From Dictyostelium discoideum (taxonomy: Eukaryota): a stretch of 64,000 nucleotides of DNA. Position numbers and translations under genes: made by a program. This document shows positions 22,901-34,543 of this stretch, in pieces; position 1 is the stretch's first letter; every line of letters starts with the position of its first letter. The notes below the pieces were generated by a model. The model saw only the letters and a program-made list of their open reading frames with translations, was not told the DNA's origin and did no database searches. The stretch is taken from assembly GCA_000004695.1 (NCBI GenBank), contig CM000150.2:32001-96000 (forward strand). Reading direction: 5' to 3'.

Positions 22901-25222
22901 GGAGGTAGGCTTTCTTGATATCGAGTTTTACCATGTAATAACCTTGTTTGACCATTGATGGTAGATTCTTGATTCCTTCCATCTTGAATGATTGGTTGTT
23001 GATGTAAGTGTTTAACCTTTTTAGATCGAGAACTGGACGATGTAGATTCGTTCCAGGTTTTGGAACCGTAAACACGTTGGAGTAAAAAACGCGCTTTGAA
23101 TAACGGTTTGGAAGAACTTGTTCGATAGCATCGTCTGATAACAAGTCTTGTACTTCCTTTGTGATGCAATCTGGACCCTCTGGAATTGAAATCGGAATTG
23201 GGTTTAGCATCGGCTTGAAATTTGGAAGTAGATGGACTTTTAATCCATTTACGACCTCTTGACAAAAGTTTGGAAGACCCAATTCTTTCCAAACTTGTTT
23301 GTGGTGGAACAGACGTCCACCTACTGGTAAGTTTACTTCTTGTTCTTCTGAAAACGGTTGTTGGTACCGTTGGCAGACTTGGTATTGTTGCTACCTGATG
23401 CAACACTACTTGGTGATCCATTGAAGTTGTTAGATCGGCCATTACTCCCACTACTGGATTTACTATTACTACTGTTTCCTGTAGTGTTAATACCACTTGA
23501 GTTAACTGATTTCTTGACATTGGGCTTGGAATGATAATTCAATTTTAACAATGATTGTTTTGCTTCGTTGTTCTTTCTGATTGACTTGGCTAGCTTTCTT
23601 ACACGTTCAGTTTCAGTTTCATCAAACATCTTTGGTGTATCCTTGATCTTAATTGGTAAGAGTACTTCAGAACCATAGATTTCTTTAGCGATGTTGTTAC
23701 GACGGACACGACTAAGCGATGCTTGAGCATTAACGGCTAAGACGATTGCACTCTGAGTTAAGTAACTAATAAGTTCTACATCGACATTAGAGCTATCAGA
23801 TGATAACATACTTGACATGAGAAGCAAAGGTTTCAAGCTATCGTTGATTCGCTTTTCGACAATCAACAAGTCAGTATCATTGTTCTTGACGTTGGATGAT
23901 ACAGTAATACCTTCAGGTGTACCGAATGGAGCGACATTCACTTGGAAGTTAGATGGAAAGTTGAATACTTTATTCAATTCGGATATCTCATCTTTCTTGA
24001 GGATACATTCTTCTTCGACAAGTAAACCTTGATTGTTTACCATATGTTTGTACTGACCAAGTAAGGTATCGGATAATTGATAATCGGTTGGAACATCAAC
24101 ATTGTTACTTGATTCATCTTCACTTTGTTCATTCTCGGTGTCAGAGTTATCATGAGAAGGTTGGCTACGTGAGTTGGCACGATTAAGCGATGCTTGAGCA
24201 TTAACGGCTAAGACGATTGCACTCTGAGTTAAGTAACTAATAAGTTCTACATCGACATTAGAGCTATCAGATGATAACATACTTGACATGAGAAGCAAAG
24301 GTTTCAAGCTATCGTTGATTCGCTTTTCGACAATCAACAAGTCAGTATCATTGTTCTTGACGTTGGATGATACAGTAATACCTTCAGGTGTACCGAATGG
24401 AGCGACATTCACTTGGAAGTTAGATGGAAAGTTGAATACTTTATTCAATTCGGATATCTCATCTTTCTTGAGGATACATTCTTCTTCGACAAGTAAACCT
24501 TGATTGTTTACCATATGTTTGTACTGACCAAGTAAGGTATCGGATAATTGATAATCGGTTGGAACATCAACATTGTTACTTGATTCATCTTCACTTTGTT
24601 CATTCTCGGTGTCAGAGTTATCATGAGAAGGTTGGCTACGTGAGTTGGTATTAGAAGAGAACATAGGTTCTTTCATGAATCTTGTAAAGGCTAAGGAAAG
24701 GTTGTTGATTTGATCCTCCATTGATTTCATTCTTAAATCAAAGGATTCAGCGCTTTTAGAGGCAGAGGTACTACTACTAGAGGTATCATTATTATTAACA
24801 GTGGTAGACATATTTTATTGTTGATATCTAAAATTATAATATGAGAAAAATAATAATATTAAAAATTAATAAAGAGAAATAATTATTTGTATAAAATTTG
24901 TGTGTGTGTGTATCTTAAATATATATAGGAGGAATTCCCAAATAAAATAAATCAAATTGTTTTAGTTTTTAGTGCCACTATTTATACGTTTTTATTTTCT
25001 TAAAAATTTCGCAAAATCAAAAAAATAAGAGTTTTCGACCCTTCACAACTTTGTGCATAGTGTCGGTTCGGAATTTTTCAGTTTTTCGACCTTGCGCAAT
25101 GATCGCGTCATTTTGCCGGTTCGAAATTTTTACTTTTCTTTCGAAAATTTTTTATTCTTCGAATGTTCTAGAACATTCTAAAAAATTATCTTAAATATTT
25201 GGGAAATTCAAATAAATAAATG
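19975..25222 (-). mobile_element. DIRS-1 copy D5: ORF2 open (20425-23520). ORF3 split by a frameshift near 21650-21680 (534-aa and 84-aa pieces). ORF1 carries a 471-bp internal tandem duplication. Left ITR truncated at 25222 where it abuts D6.
   Basis: ORF-track; the duplicated ORF1 segment gives identical antisense ORFs at 23817-24032 and 24288-24503. Confidence 0.85.
23333..24811 (-). CDS. DIRS-1 ORF1 variant with in-frame 157-codon tandem duplication (492 aa)
   Basis: Protein repeats ..NSRSQPSHDNSDTENEQSEDESSNNVDVPTDYQLSD...AVNAQASL twice and stays in frame. Confidence 0.8.
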   Translation of the reverse strand: MSTTVNNNDTSSSSTSASKSAESFDLRMKSMEDQINNLSLAFTRFMKEPMFSSNTNSRSQPSHDNSDTENEQSEDESSNNVDVPTDYQLSDTLLGQYKHMVNNQGLLVEEECILKKDEISELNKVFNFPSNFQVNVAPFGTPEGITVSSNVKNNDTDLLIVEKRINDSLKPLLLMSSMLSSDSSNVDVELISYLTQSAIVLAVNAQASLNRANSRSQPSHDNSDTENEQSEDESSNNVDVPTDYQLSDTLLGQYKHMVNNQGLLVEEECILKKDEISELNKVFNFPSNFQVNVAPFGTPEGITVSSNVKNNDTDLLIVEKRINDSLKPLLLMSSMLSSDSSNVDVELISYLTQSAIVLAVNAQASLSRVRRNNIAKEIYGSEVLLPIKIKDTPKMFDETETERVRKLAKSIRKNNEAKQSLLKLNYHSKPNVKKSVNSSGINTTGNSSNSKSSSGSNGRSNNFNGSPSSVASGSNNTKSANGTNNRFQKNKK

Positions 25223-28200
25223 TTACAGTATCGTTTGATTTTCAACGACCCATCTTCTTGACAACGTGGAACGGAACGTTATTGGACAACAGCAGAGAAG
25301 CCATAGCGGAACGGGTAGAGTGAGATTTGAACTTGACAATATCAATGCCTGACTTTGAGAGCGTTGATAATACAATTGAGTTAATATCATTAACTTGGAG
25401 CGGTTCACCCTCATTCTTAATAAAGACAGAGTCACCCGAATGGGGCTTTCTTCTTCCTTTAGAGGCTCTAAGGTATGTTGCAAGGTGGCGAACAGGACAT
25501 ACTTGAGAGTTTGTATCATCTAACGAAGTTAATTCTAAGATTGAAACAACACCACTTCTTTGTTCTTTAGCATTAATAACTGGACCTTTGATTGAGTCAG
25601 GAGTAATAATGAGACCTTTGAACGACCACTTCACCAAGTCTGATGATCTTGCTAAACCAAACATTTTACAGAGTGCAAGTGTCTTGTTTAATAGCGCAGT
25701 GTATGTGTACTTAGGGATAACTTTGATAGTAGATAAGTGCTTGAATACTTGGTTTGCATCCCATATCTCTTTATACTTTGCAGATGAAGGACGCAACTTG
25801 TGAATACCAGTCATAATTCTTGTGATGAATGGATCATTAACAATATCAGTTTGATTCCTAAGGAGTAACAACTGATTCAACATAGAGCGATGACCGTTAA
25901 TTGTTGAGAAGGCTAACGGAGGTTTGTGCTTGAACAGATGTGTAAGATAATCCATGAAAACAACTAAGGTAATGTTTGCTGGATTCAAAGAGTTCAAAGT
26001 ACAGAAATTGCGGAATCTTGTATAACTGGAGCTATATACTTTGAGAGTGGAAGGTTCCCAAGACTTCATTAACAGCTCAGCTGTTTTTGTATTTGTTGTA
26101 CGAGCGAATGACATTACATGAGATTGGAAAGTTGAATAATCCCCAGTTTCCAACGTTGTTGAATCTGGATTGGTATCGACTCTACTGATTGTTTGGTCAA
26201 TACTTCTTGGAATGTTCCCAATACTTGAGGAAACATGTGACGATGATGACGAGGAACTTGAGCTTGAATCATCGGATACCAAGTTGCTGATCTCCAGATT
26301 GGGAAGATCAGTATTATAGAAACCTTCTTCGAACTGGATGAGTTCATCTTCTCCAGGATAGAAGGCAAAAGAATGGGTGGTGGAAAGGCCAGACATTGCT
26401 TCCATTGACTCCAATCGAGGTGGAGTGCATTCATTCTGATTGTTGAGTAGTTGTTCGTTTGATGGTTGAGGTGAGATGCGAACAGATCCATCTGTATTTG
26501 ACCGAATTGAAGTTGGATGCGATTGAACACTTCCTTCTTCAGTTGCCAGTTGTAACTCTTGATTACTCTGGACGATGATTTGTGATTCATCTCTGAAAGA
26601 CGACTGAGGTGGTCGGCTTTTACATTGAAGAATCCTGGAATATGCTCTCCAATCAAGTTCACTTTCTTCTTGAGGCATTGTTTCCAAAGTTGTTCGAATA
26701 GAACTGAGAGATCTTGTATTTGACCACCTTGGCGATTGATGTAAGAGAGAGTGGTAGTGTTGTCGGTTTGAATCTTCAGCTTGCAGTTGTTCAGTTTCCG
26801 ACATAGCGCTTGATAGGCCATCAGCAGCGCTAGCATTTCTCGACGATTTGACGACATGTTTGATTGAGTTATTGACCACTGGAATGACCAAGTTTTGATT
26901 ACCTTGTTTCCTTTCTTGAGAGTGGCACCTGCACCTGATTCCGAGGCATCGGTTGTAAGAACATAGTCGTAACTTGGAAACAGACTGATTTCTTTTCCAT
27001 TCCATTGGTTTAGAACTGTTAACCAATGTGAAATCTCTGACTTGACATCTTGAGGAATGGGGAATGATTGATCCCAATCTCCATTGGCTAGAGTCAGACA
27101 TTGAGAGTGAAACTTGTTTGTTCGACGAGTGTAAAGTCTGAATGGGATGACTGCATCCTTCAGTGCAATTAGCTTTCCTTTTAAACCAGCAAGCTTTCTT
27201 GGGGAACAACAATCTAGTTTTAAAAAGTTTCTTATTTCCTTGATGACACTTTTCTTCTTTTCTTTGGGAACAAGAAGCTTCATTGATACCGAATCGATTT
27301 GTAATCCGAGAAAAGTAATTGATTGAGTTGGTTCGAGAACACTCTTTTCTAGATTTAACTTGAAACCTAGTTTGACAAGTAAGTCCATTGTCTTTTTGAG
27401 GTTGGATAAACATTCTTCTTTTGTTGAACCGACGATTAATAGATCGTCCAAGTATGCGATGACGGATACGTTGATATCTCTCAACATTCGAAGTACAGGT
27501 CTTAACAACATTGTAAAGATACGAGGAGCTTTCGATAACCCGAACGGCATTGTTTTCCAACGGTAGTGCGAACCTTTCCACACGAAGCGGAATAAGTCTC
27601 TGTATTGTGGATCTACTAACACGTGTAGGTAAGCTTTCTTGATATCGAGTTTTACCATGTAATAACCTTGTTTGACCATTGATGGTAGATTCTTGATCCC
27701 TTCCATCTTGAATGATTGGTTGTTGATGTAAGTGTTTAACCTTTTTAAATCTAGAACTGGACGATGTAGATTCGTTCCAGGTTTTGGAACCGTAAACACG
27801 TTGGAGTAAAAAACGCGCTTTGAAAAACGGTTTGGAAGTACTTGTTCTATGGCATCGTCTAATAACAAGTCTTGTACTTCCTTTGTGATGCAATCTGATT
27901 TCGGACCCTCCGGAATTGAAATCGGAATTGGGTTTAGCATCGGCTTGAAATTTGGAAGTAGATGGATTTTTAATCCATTTACGATCTCTTGACAAAAGTT
28001 TGGAAGACCCAATTCTTTCCAAACTTGTTTGTGGTGGAACAGACGTCCACCTACTGGTAAGTTTACTTCTTGTTCTTCTGAAAACGGTTGTTGGTACCGT
28101 TTGCAGACTTGGTATTGTTGCTACCTGATGCAACACTACTTGGTGATCCATTGAAGTTGTTAGATCGGCCATTACTCCCACTACTGGATTTACTATTACT

Positions 28201-29513
28201 ACTGTTTCCTGTAGTGTTATTACCACTTGAGTTAACTAATTTCTTGACATTGGGCTTGGAATGATAATTCAATTTTAACAATGATTGTTTTGCTTCGTTG
28301 TTCTTTCTGATTGACTTGGCTAGCTTCCTTACACGTTCAGTTTCAGTTTCATCAAACATCTTTGGTGTATCCTTGATCTTAATTGGTAAGAGTACTTCAG
28401 AACCATAGATTTCTTTAGCGATGTTGTTACGACGGACACGACTAAGCGATGCTTGAGCATTAACGGCTAAGATGATTGCACTCTGAGTTAAGTAACTAAT
28501 AAGTTCTACATCGACATTAGAGCTATCAGATGATAACATACTTGATATGAGAAGCAAAGGTTTCAAGCTATCGTTGATTCGCTTTTCGACAATCAACAAG
28601 TCAGTATCATTGTTTTTGACGTTGGATGATACAGTAATACCTTCAGGTGTACCGAATGGAGCGACATTCACTTGGAAGTTAGATGGAAAGTTGAATACTT
28701 TATTCAATTCGGATATCTCATCTTTCTTGAGGATACATTCTTCTTCGACGAGTAAACCTTGATTGTTTACCATATGTTTGTACTGACCAAGTAAGGTATC
28801 GGATAATTGATAATCGGTTGGAACATCGACATTCTTACTTGATTCATCTTCACTTTGTTCATTCTCGGTGTCAGAGTTATCATGAGAAGGTTGGCTACGT
28901 GAATTGGTATTAGAAGAGAACATAGGTTCTTTCATGAATCTTGTAAAGGCTAAGGAAAGGTTGTTGATTTGATCCTCCATTGATTTCATTCTTGAATCAA
29001 AGGATTCAGCACTATTAGAGGCAGAGGTACTACTACTAGAGGCATCATTATTATTAACAGTGGCAGACATATTTTATTGTTGATATCTAAAATTATAATA
29101 TGAGAAAAATAATAATATTAAAAATTAATAAAGAGAAATAATTATTTGTATAAAATTTGTGTGTGTGTGTATCTTAAATATATATAGGAGGAATTCCCAA
29201 ATAAAATAAATCAAATTGTTTTAGTTTTTAGTGCCACTATTTATACGTTTTTATTTTCTTAAAAATTTCGCAAAACTCAAAAAAATAAGAGTTTTCGACC
29301 CTTCACAACTTTGTGCATAGTGTCGGTTCGGAATTTTTCAGTTTTTCGACTTTGTGCAATTATCGCGTCATTGTGCCGGTTCGAAATTTTTACTTTTCTT
29401 TCGAAAATTTTTTATTCTTCGAATGTTCTAGAACATTCTAAAAAATTATCTTAAATATTTGGGAAATTCAAATAAATAAATGTTATTCATAATATATATA
29501 TATATGATAATAT
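25223..29513 (-). mobile_element. DIRS-1 copy D6: lacks the right ITR and the last ~25 codons of ORF2 (junction with D5). ORF3 (26114-28012, 632 aa) and ORF1 (28063-29070, 335 aa) are open. Left ITR about 29085-29513.
   Basis: At 25222/25223 the sequence jumps from an ITR (..aaatgtta) directly into the recombinase coding sequence (cagtatcgtttgattt...). Confidence 0.85.
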
Positions 29514-30255
29514 AAATAAATTAAATTTTTAATTTATATTATCATATATATATATATATTATGAAATTTGGACAGTATTTAAGAAACCACCAGATTTTTC
29601 ACCAATGATTCTTTTATCGTAGAAGGTATCTACAGTATCGTTTGATTTCCAACGACCCATCTTCTTGACAACGTGGAACGGAACGTTATTGGACAACAGC
29701 AGAGAAGCCATAGCGGAACGGGTAGAGTGAGATTTGAACTTGACAATATCAATACCTGACTTTGAGAGTGTTGATAGTACAATTGAATTAATATCATTAA
29801 CTTGGAGCGGTTCACCCTCATTCTTAATAAAGACAGAGTCACCCGAATGGGGCTTTCTTCTTCCTTTAGAGGCTCTAAGGTATGTTGCAAGGTGGCGAAC
29901 AGGGCATACTTGAGAGTTTGTATCATCTAACGAAGTTAATTCTAAGATTGAAACAACACCACTTCTTTGTTCTTTAGCATTAATAACTGGACCTTTGATT
30001 GAGTCAATAGTAATAATGAGACCTTTGAACGACCACTTCACCAAGTCTGATGATCTTGCTAAACCAAACATTTTACAGAGTACAAGTGTCTTGTTTAATA
30101 ACGCAGTGTATGTGTACTTAGGGATAACTTTGATAGTAGATAAGTGCTTGAATACTTGGTTTGCATCCCATATCTCTTTATACTTTGCTGATGAAGGACG
30201 CAACTTGTGAATACCAGTCATAATTCTTGTAATGAATGGATCATTAACAATATCA
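29514..30255 (-). mobile_element. DIRS-1 fragment D7: 3' ~740 bp (recombinase C-terminus 29559-30221), truncated at 30255 by a family-B terminus
   Basis: ORF 29559-30221 matches the ORF2 C-terminus. The expected continuation ..aacaatatcagtttgattcc is replaced by cacagcggcgaaaatc. Confidence 0.8.
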
Positions 30256-30505
30256 CACAGCGGCGAAAATCAACACTTTAAAGCACCTTTAAATCCAAGT
30301 ACTCTTTTTAATATATATTAATAAGTATACTTAATAAGTAATACTTAATAAGTACACTTAATAAGTATACTTAATAAATATACTTTATAAGTACTACTTA
30401 ATAAGTACACTTATTAAGTATACTTATTAAGTATACTTATAAAGTATTACTTTTTAAGTATACTTATTAATATATATTAATAATTAATTATTTTTATTTT
30501 TTTTT
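30256..30505 (-). mobile_element. Family-B right-end fragment (inverted): terminus CACAGCGGCGAAAATCAACACTTTAAAGCACC plus TAAGTATAC-type repeats
   Basis: Reverse complement of 40808-40976. Confidence 0.55.
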
Positions 30506-31270
30506 TTAAAAAATGTTTTGTGTGGGAATTGAACCCGTGACCTCCCTTCCTGAAGTTCCGTGGAAATGTTTTATGTGGGAATTTAACCATGACCTCCCTT
30601 CTGGAAGTTCCGGGGGAAAAAATGTTTTATATGGGAATCGAACCCTTGACCTCTACCTTATTAATTTATCGTATTTCTATGTAAGCTATAGACACTTTGA
30701 TAATTTTCATTGAAAATAGCTATAATATGAATGTTAAAAAACTTCCAAGTAAAAAAAAAAAGAATGTGAAATAACTCTGTGGTTGTTGTATTATTGATAT
30801 TGCTGTATGTAATTTCTATTGCTGTTGCTGTATTAGTGATGTTGTATTATTATTGTTGCTTTATTATTGCTGTTGTTGTACTATTGATGTTGCTGTTTTA
30901 TTGATGTTGCAGTCCTAACTGTTGTTGTGTTGTTATTATGTTGTAATTATTGTTGTTGTCGCACCTGTTGTGTTCAGCTACAGTGTTGTTATTGTGTTGT
31001 TATTGTGTTGTAATTGATTTTGAAGTTGTTTTGTTATTGTGTTGTTATTGTGTTTGTTGTGTTGTTATTGTGTTGTTATTGTGTTTGTTGTGTTGTTATT
31101 GTGTTGTTATTGTGTTTTTTGTGTTGTTATTGTGTTGATTTCATTTTTCAATTGATTTTGCAGTTGTTGTTGTACCTGTTATTGTTTTATTGTTTTATGG
31201 TTGCACCTGTTGTGGTTTTTATTATTGTTGCTAAAATTGTTGGTGTGTGTTGTAGTTGTTTGTTCTGTGT
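30506..31270. repeat. Left inverted arm of family-A copy 2: three tRNA-3'-half-like ~50-bp units (30513-30660), a GT-rich region, then a (TGTTGTTATTGTG)n array ending ..GTTCTGTG
   Basis: Inverted copy at 35830-36400. Units contain GGGAATCGAACCCTTGACCTC, the complement of a T-arm-like motif. Confidence 0.6.
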
Positions 31271-31289
31271 ATATATTCATAAAATTTTC

Positions 31290-31334
<45 letters not shown>

Positions 31335-31590
31335 ACTTTTTTCAATTTTTTCATTTTTTATTTTTTTTTTGCCGAAAAGGGAAAACATGCATGTTTAATT
31401 TTTAATTTTATTTTTTTTAATTTAATTTTATTTAATTCTTTTTTTTTTTTTGTATTTTTTTTTTTTTTTCATTTTTTTATTTCACTTTTTTATTTTTATT
31501 TTTTCATTTTTCATTTTTTTTTTTTCGCTTTTTTATTTCACTTTTTTATTTTTATTTTTTTAATTTATTTATTTTAAAAACATATTTGAA

Positions 31591-34041
31591 ATGGATTTAA
31601 AAAAAGTGGATTGCATTATTTGTAAACAACCAATTAAATGTTTCAAAGATATAGTTATACATTTTATTAAACATAATGATCGTTGCCCAATTTGTTTAAG
31701 CAAATATACATCATTTTCAAAAATGTATGCTTTAACAGGTCATTATTATTCACAAGGTTGTAATAATAAAAAAAATAATATAAAGGGTGAACAAAAATTG
31801 CAAGATGAATTTTATCAGAGGTTATCAAAGATTACAGGCGATAATATTATATACCCAACCAACTTATCCGATGACCCTTTCAATCATATGAGCCAACAAA
31901 ATTTAAATGAAAATTTTATAATTGATGAGAATAATAATAATTTAGAAAATGAAAATGAAAATGAAAATAATTCATTTGAGGATATAGGAAATATATTAAA
32001 CCAAAATGGACAAGAAAATGATGATATTGAAATTTTGAAAGAAAAAGAAAATGGAAATTTAGGAAAAGAATTAAATAATTATGAAATTGGATTTTTAAAG
32101 TTGGGTTTAGAAAATGCTAAATCGTTAAAATTTATGCAACAAATTTTGGATTTTTTTAAAAACAATATAAATGCAATTAATGAAATTAGATATACAACAA
32201 AGTATATGGATTCTATATTTTTAGCAAATTTACCTATCGATGGTCACTTTTTGAGTTACAAATATTATGAAGAGTCAATTTTTTATTATGAAATTTGTTC
32301 AGTTGTAAAATTATTAATTGAAAAAAAAAATTTTATAGAATATTTAGATTTCTCAAAAGACTATGAGCAAGGTATTTATAAAAATTATAAATCTGGAGAA
32401 CAATTCAAAAAAATAAAAAATTCAATTTCAGATAAATTTATTTTATTAAGAATATTTAGTGACGGAATGAGTCATCAAGGTAGATCAGATTATACTATAA
32501 TGGTGGATTTTGAAAATTATAATGGTCCATTTTTTAAAAATAACAAAATTGTTTTATTTATTGTTCCAAAAGAATGGTTTCACAATATACATCAAACAAT
32601 TAAAAAATTATTTTCAGCGCAATTTAATAATAAATTAATAATTAAAGATAATAATGGAAATGATTATGAAATTATACCATATGGATTAACAATGGATATA
32701 CCAGAATTTAGATCATCTTGTAGGATTAACCATTATAATTGCAATGAGTTCTCATGTCATACATGTGATAAACTAAGAGGTGTCGATTATTTATTAAAAG
32801 AAGGAAATTATAGAAATCAAAAAGACATTATTGACTTTCACAATTCAAAACCAAATAAACAAGATTTTTTAAATCCTCAAAATAAAATTTTAAAATTAGA
32901 AACAGAACAAAAAATGAAAAAAATCGGCATTACAGATTATGACAGATCTTGGGTAGAAAATTTAAAAATAAATTATTTGTACTTACAACCTGATATTTTA
33001 CACAACATATTATTGGGTATTGTACAATGGGTTTTAAATTATATTTTCAAAAAATATAAGGATCAAATTACAATTTTTATAAAAAAATTAAAAGAAGCTA
33101 AAATCATTCCAGATCATTTACCACCATCAGAATCTTTATTTGGTGTAAAAACAAGAAAAGGTAGAGAGAATAGAAGCATATTATATTATATTTTATTTTT
33201 TACTAAACCAAATGTATCAAATGATGATTTCTTATTATTAGAAGAAATGGTTCAGATTACTTTTTTATTATATCAAGATTCTTTCGACGAAGATGATTTG
33301 GATAAAATAAATTATTTAGTTAAAAATTTTAATAAAAAAATATTTATGATAATACCAAATGAACCAATCAACTTTCACCTTTTATTACATTATCCTTTAT
33401 ATATAAAAAATTGGGGTGCACCAAAATTTACATCAGCAGAGAGATTTGAAGCACAATTTAGTAAAATTAAAGACCTTTTGACAAACAATACAAACAACCA
33501 AGATCAACATAAATTTGAAAGAGTAACAAAAATATTAATGGCAACATTTTTAGATAATTTTAACAATCTAAAAGAAAAAGATGTTGACAATAATGATTTA
33601 ATTTTAGGGCAAATAATTAAAAAAAATGAAAATATTTATTTAAAAAATAATATTTTATCAGACATTAACTTGCATTACAAAAACATTGAAAATATTCAAT
33701 TTCATAAATCAATTAAAAATTTAAAAGAAATATATAATGTTGGTGATGGAATTGAAGTTGCCTCAGAAAATTCATTAACTGGACGATGGAGTGCAATAAT
33801 TATTGCTATTTGTTTAATAGAATTAAAAAATAAAAAAAGTGCACATTCTATTTATATACAATACTTTGATAAAGATACAGGTGATCAAAATAATAAGTAC
33901 CACTTTTTAAGAAAAAGCTTTTCAAGTATAGTATTTGATAACATAGTAAACACATTAATACCAATACAAATCGATTCGTCCAACTATCTTATAATTTATA
34001 AGTGCCATGACCAATTTTCAATAAGTAAAAAAAAAAAATGA
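31591..34041 (+). CDS. Family-A transposase, 816 aa, open: N-terminal C2H2/CPxC zinc-finger region then CACTA TnpD-like blocks
   Basis: MDLKKVDCIICKQPIKCFKDIVIHFIKHNDRCPICL..., then the motif set listed for 7890-10049. Confidence 0.75.
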   Translation: MDLKKVDCIICKQPIKCFKDIVIHFIKHNDRCPICLSKYTSFSKMYALTGHYYSQGCNNKKNNIKGEQKLQDEFYQRLSKITGDNIIYPTNLSDDPFNHMSQQNLNENFIIDENNNNLENENENENNSFEDIGNILNQNGQENDDIEILKEKENGNLGKELNNYEIGFLKLGLENAKSLKFMQQILDFFKNNINAINEIRYTTKYMDSIFLANLPIDGHFLSYKYYEESIFYYEICSVVKLLIEKKNFIEYLDFSKDYEQGIYKNYKSGEQFKKIKNSISDKFILLRIFSDGMSHQGRSDYTIMVDFENYNGPFFKNNKIVLFIVPKEWFHNIHQTIKKLFSAQFNNKLIIKDNNGNDYEIIPYGLTMDIPEFRSSCRINHYNCNEFSCHTCDKLRGVDYLLKEGNYRNQKDIIDFHNSKPNKQDFLNPQNKILKLETEQKMKKIGITDYDRSWVENLKINYLYLQPDILHNILLGIVQWVLNYIFKKYKDQITIFIKKLKEAKIIPDHLPPSESLFGVKTRKGRENRSILYYILFFTKPNVSNDDFLLLEEMVQITFLLYQDSFDEDDLDKINYLVKNFNKKIFMIIPNEPINFHLLLHYPLYIKNWGAPKFTSAERFEAQFSKIKDLLTNNTNNQDQHKFERVTKILMATFLDNFNNLKEKDVDNNDLILGQIIKKNENIYLKNNILSDINLHYKNIENIQFHKSIKNLKEIYNVGDGIEVASENSLTGRWSAIIIAICLIELKNKKSAHSIYIQYFDKDTGDQNNKYHFLRKSFSSIVFDNIVNTLIPIQIDSSNYLIIYKCHDQFSISKKKK

Positions 34042-34188
34042 AAAAAATTCGTTGAACTTATTTACATAACTTTTACATTTTTACGTAACTTTTTCTTTTT
34101 TTTTTTTTTTCTTTTTTTCCAATTTTCTTTTTTTTCGGTTGGAAATTATAGGATTTTAAAAAAAAATTAAAAAAATATTATAAAAAAA

Positions 34189-34476
34189 ATGACTCACAAT
34201 AATTCTGCATCATTTGAAACACCAAATAGAAGTGGTAATTATGTAAATAGATCATCTTTAACTTCACCAACATCACCAATAACACCAATACCATCTCTTA
34301 TTTTAAATCAAACTGATACCTCCATAGGTCCACAACGTACTGTTAGAAGACTACAAAGACCTCAAAGACCAAATGCAAGTCATCCACCAACAACAAATAT
34401 TGTAGAAAAAATATTGGTGTATGAAACATTGCACAGAAATTGTGTTTCTCAATACTATGCAACTGGTAAGGTAAGA

Positions 34477-34543
<67 letters not shown>

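Noticed and set aside
30950-31577. Cys/Val-rich ORFs (MLLSHLLCSATVLLLCCYCVV..., also 35788-36187 reverse)
   Set aside because: Translation of the (TGTTGTTATTGTG)n and poly(T) arrays in the family-A inverted arms; the same sequence reads as an ORF on both strands, and there is no start context or conservation beyond the repeat.
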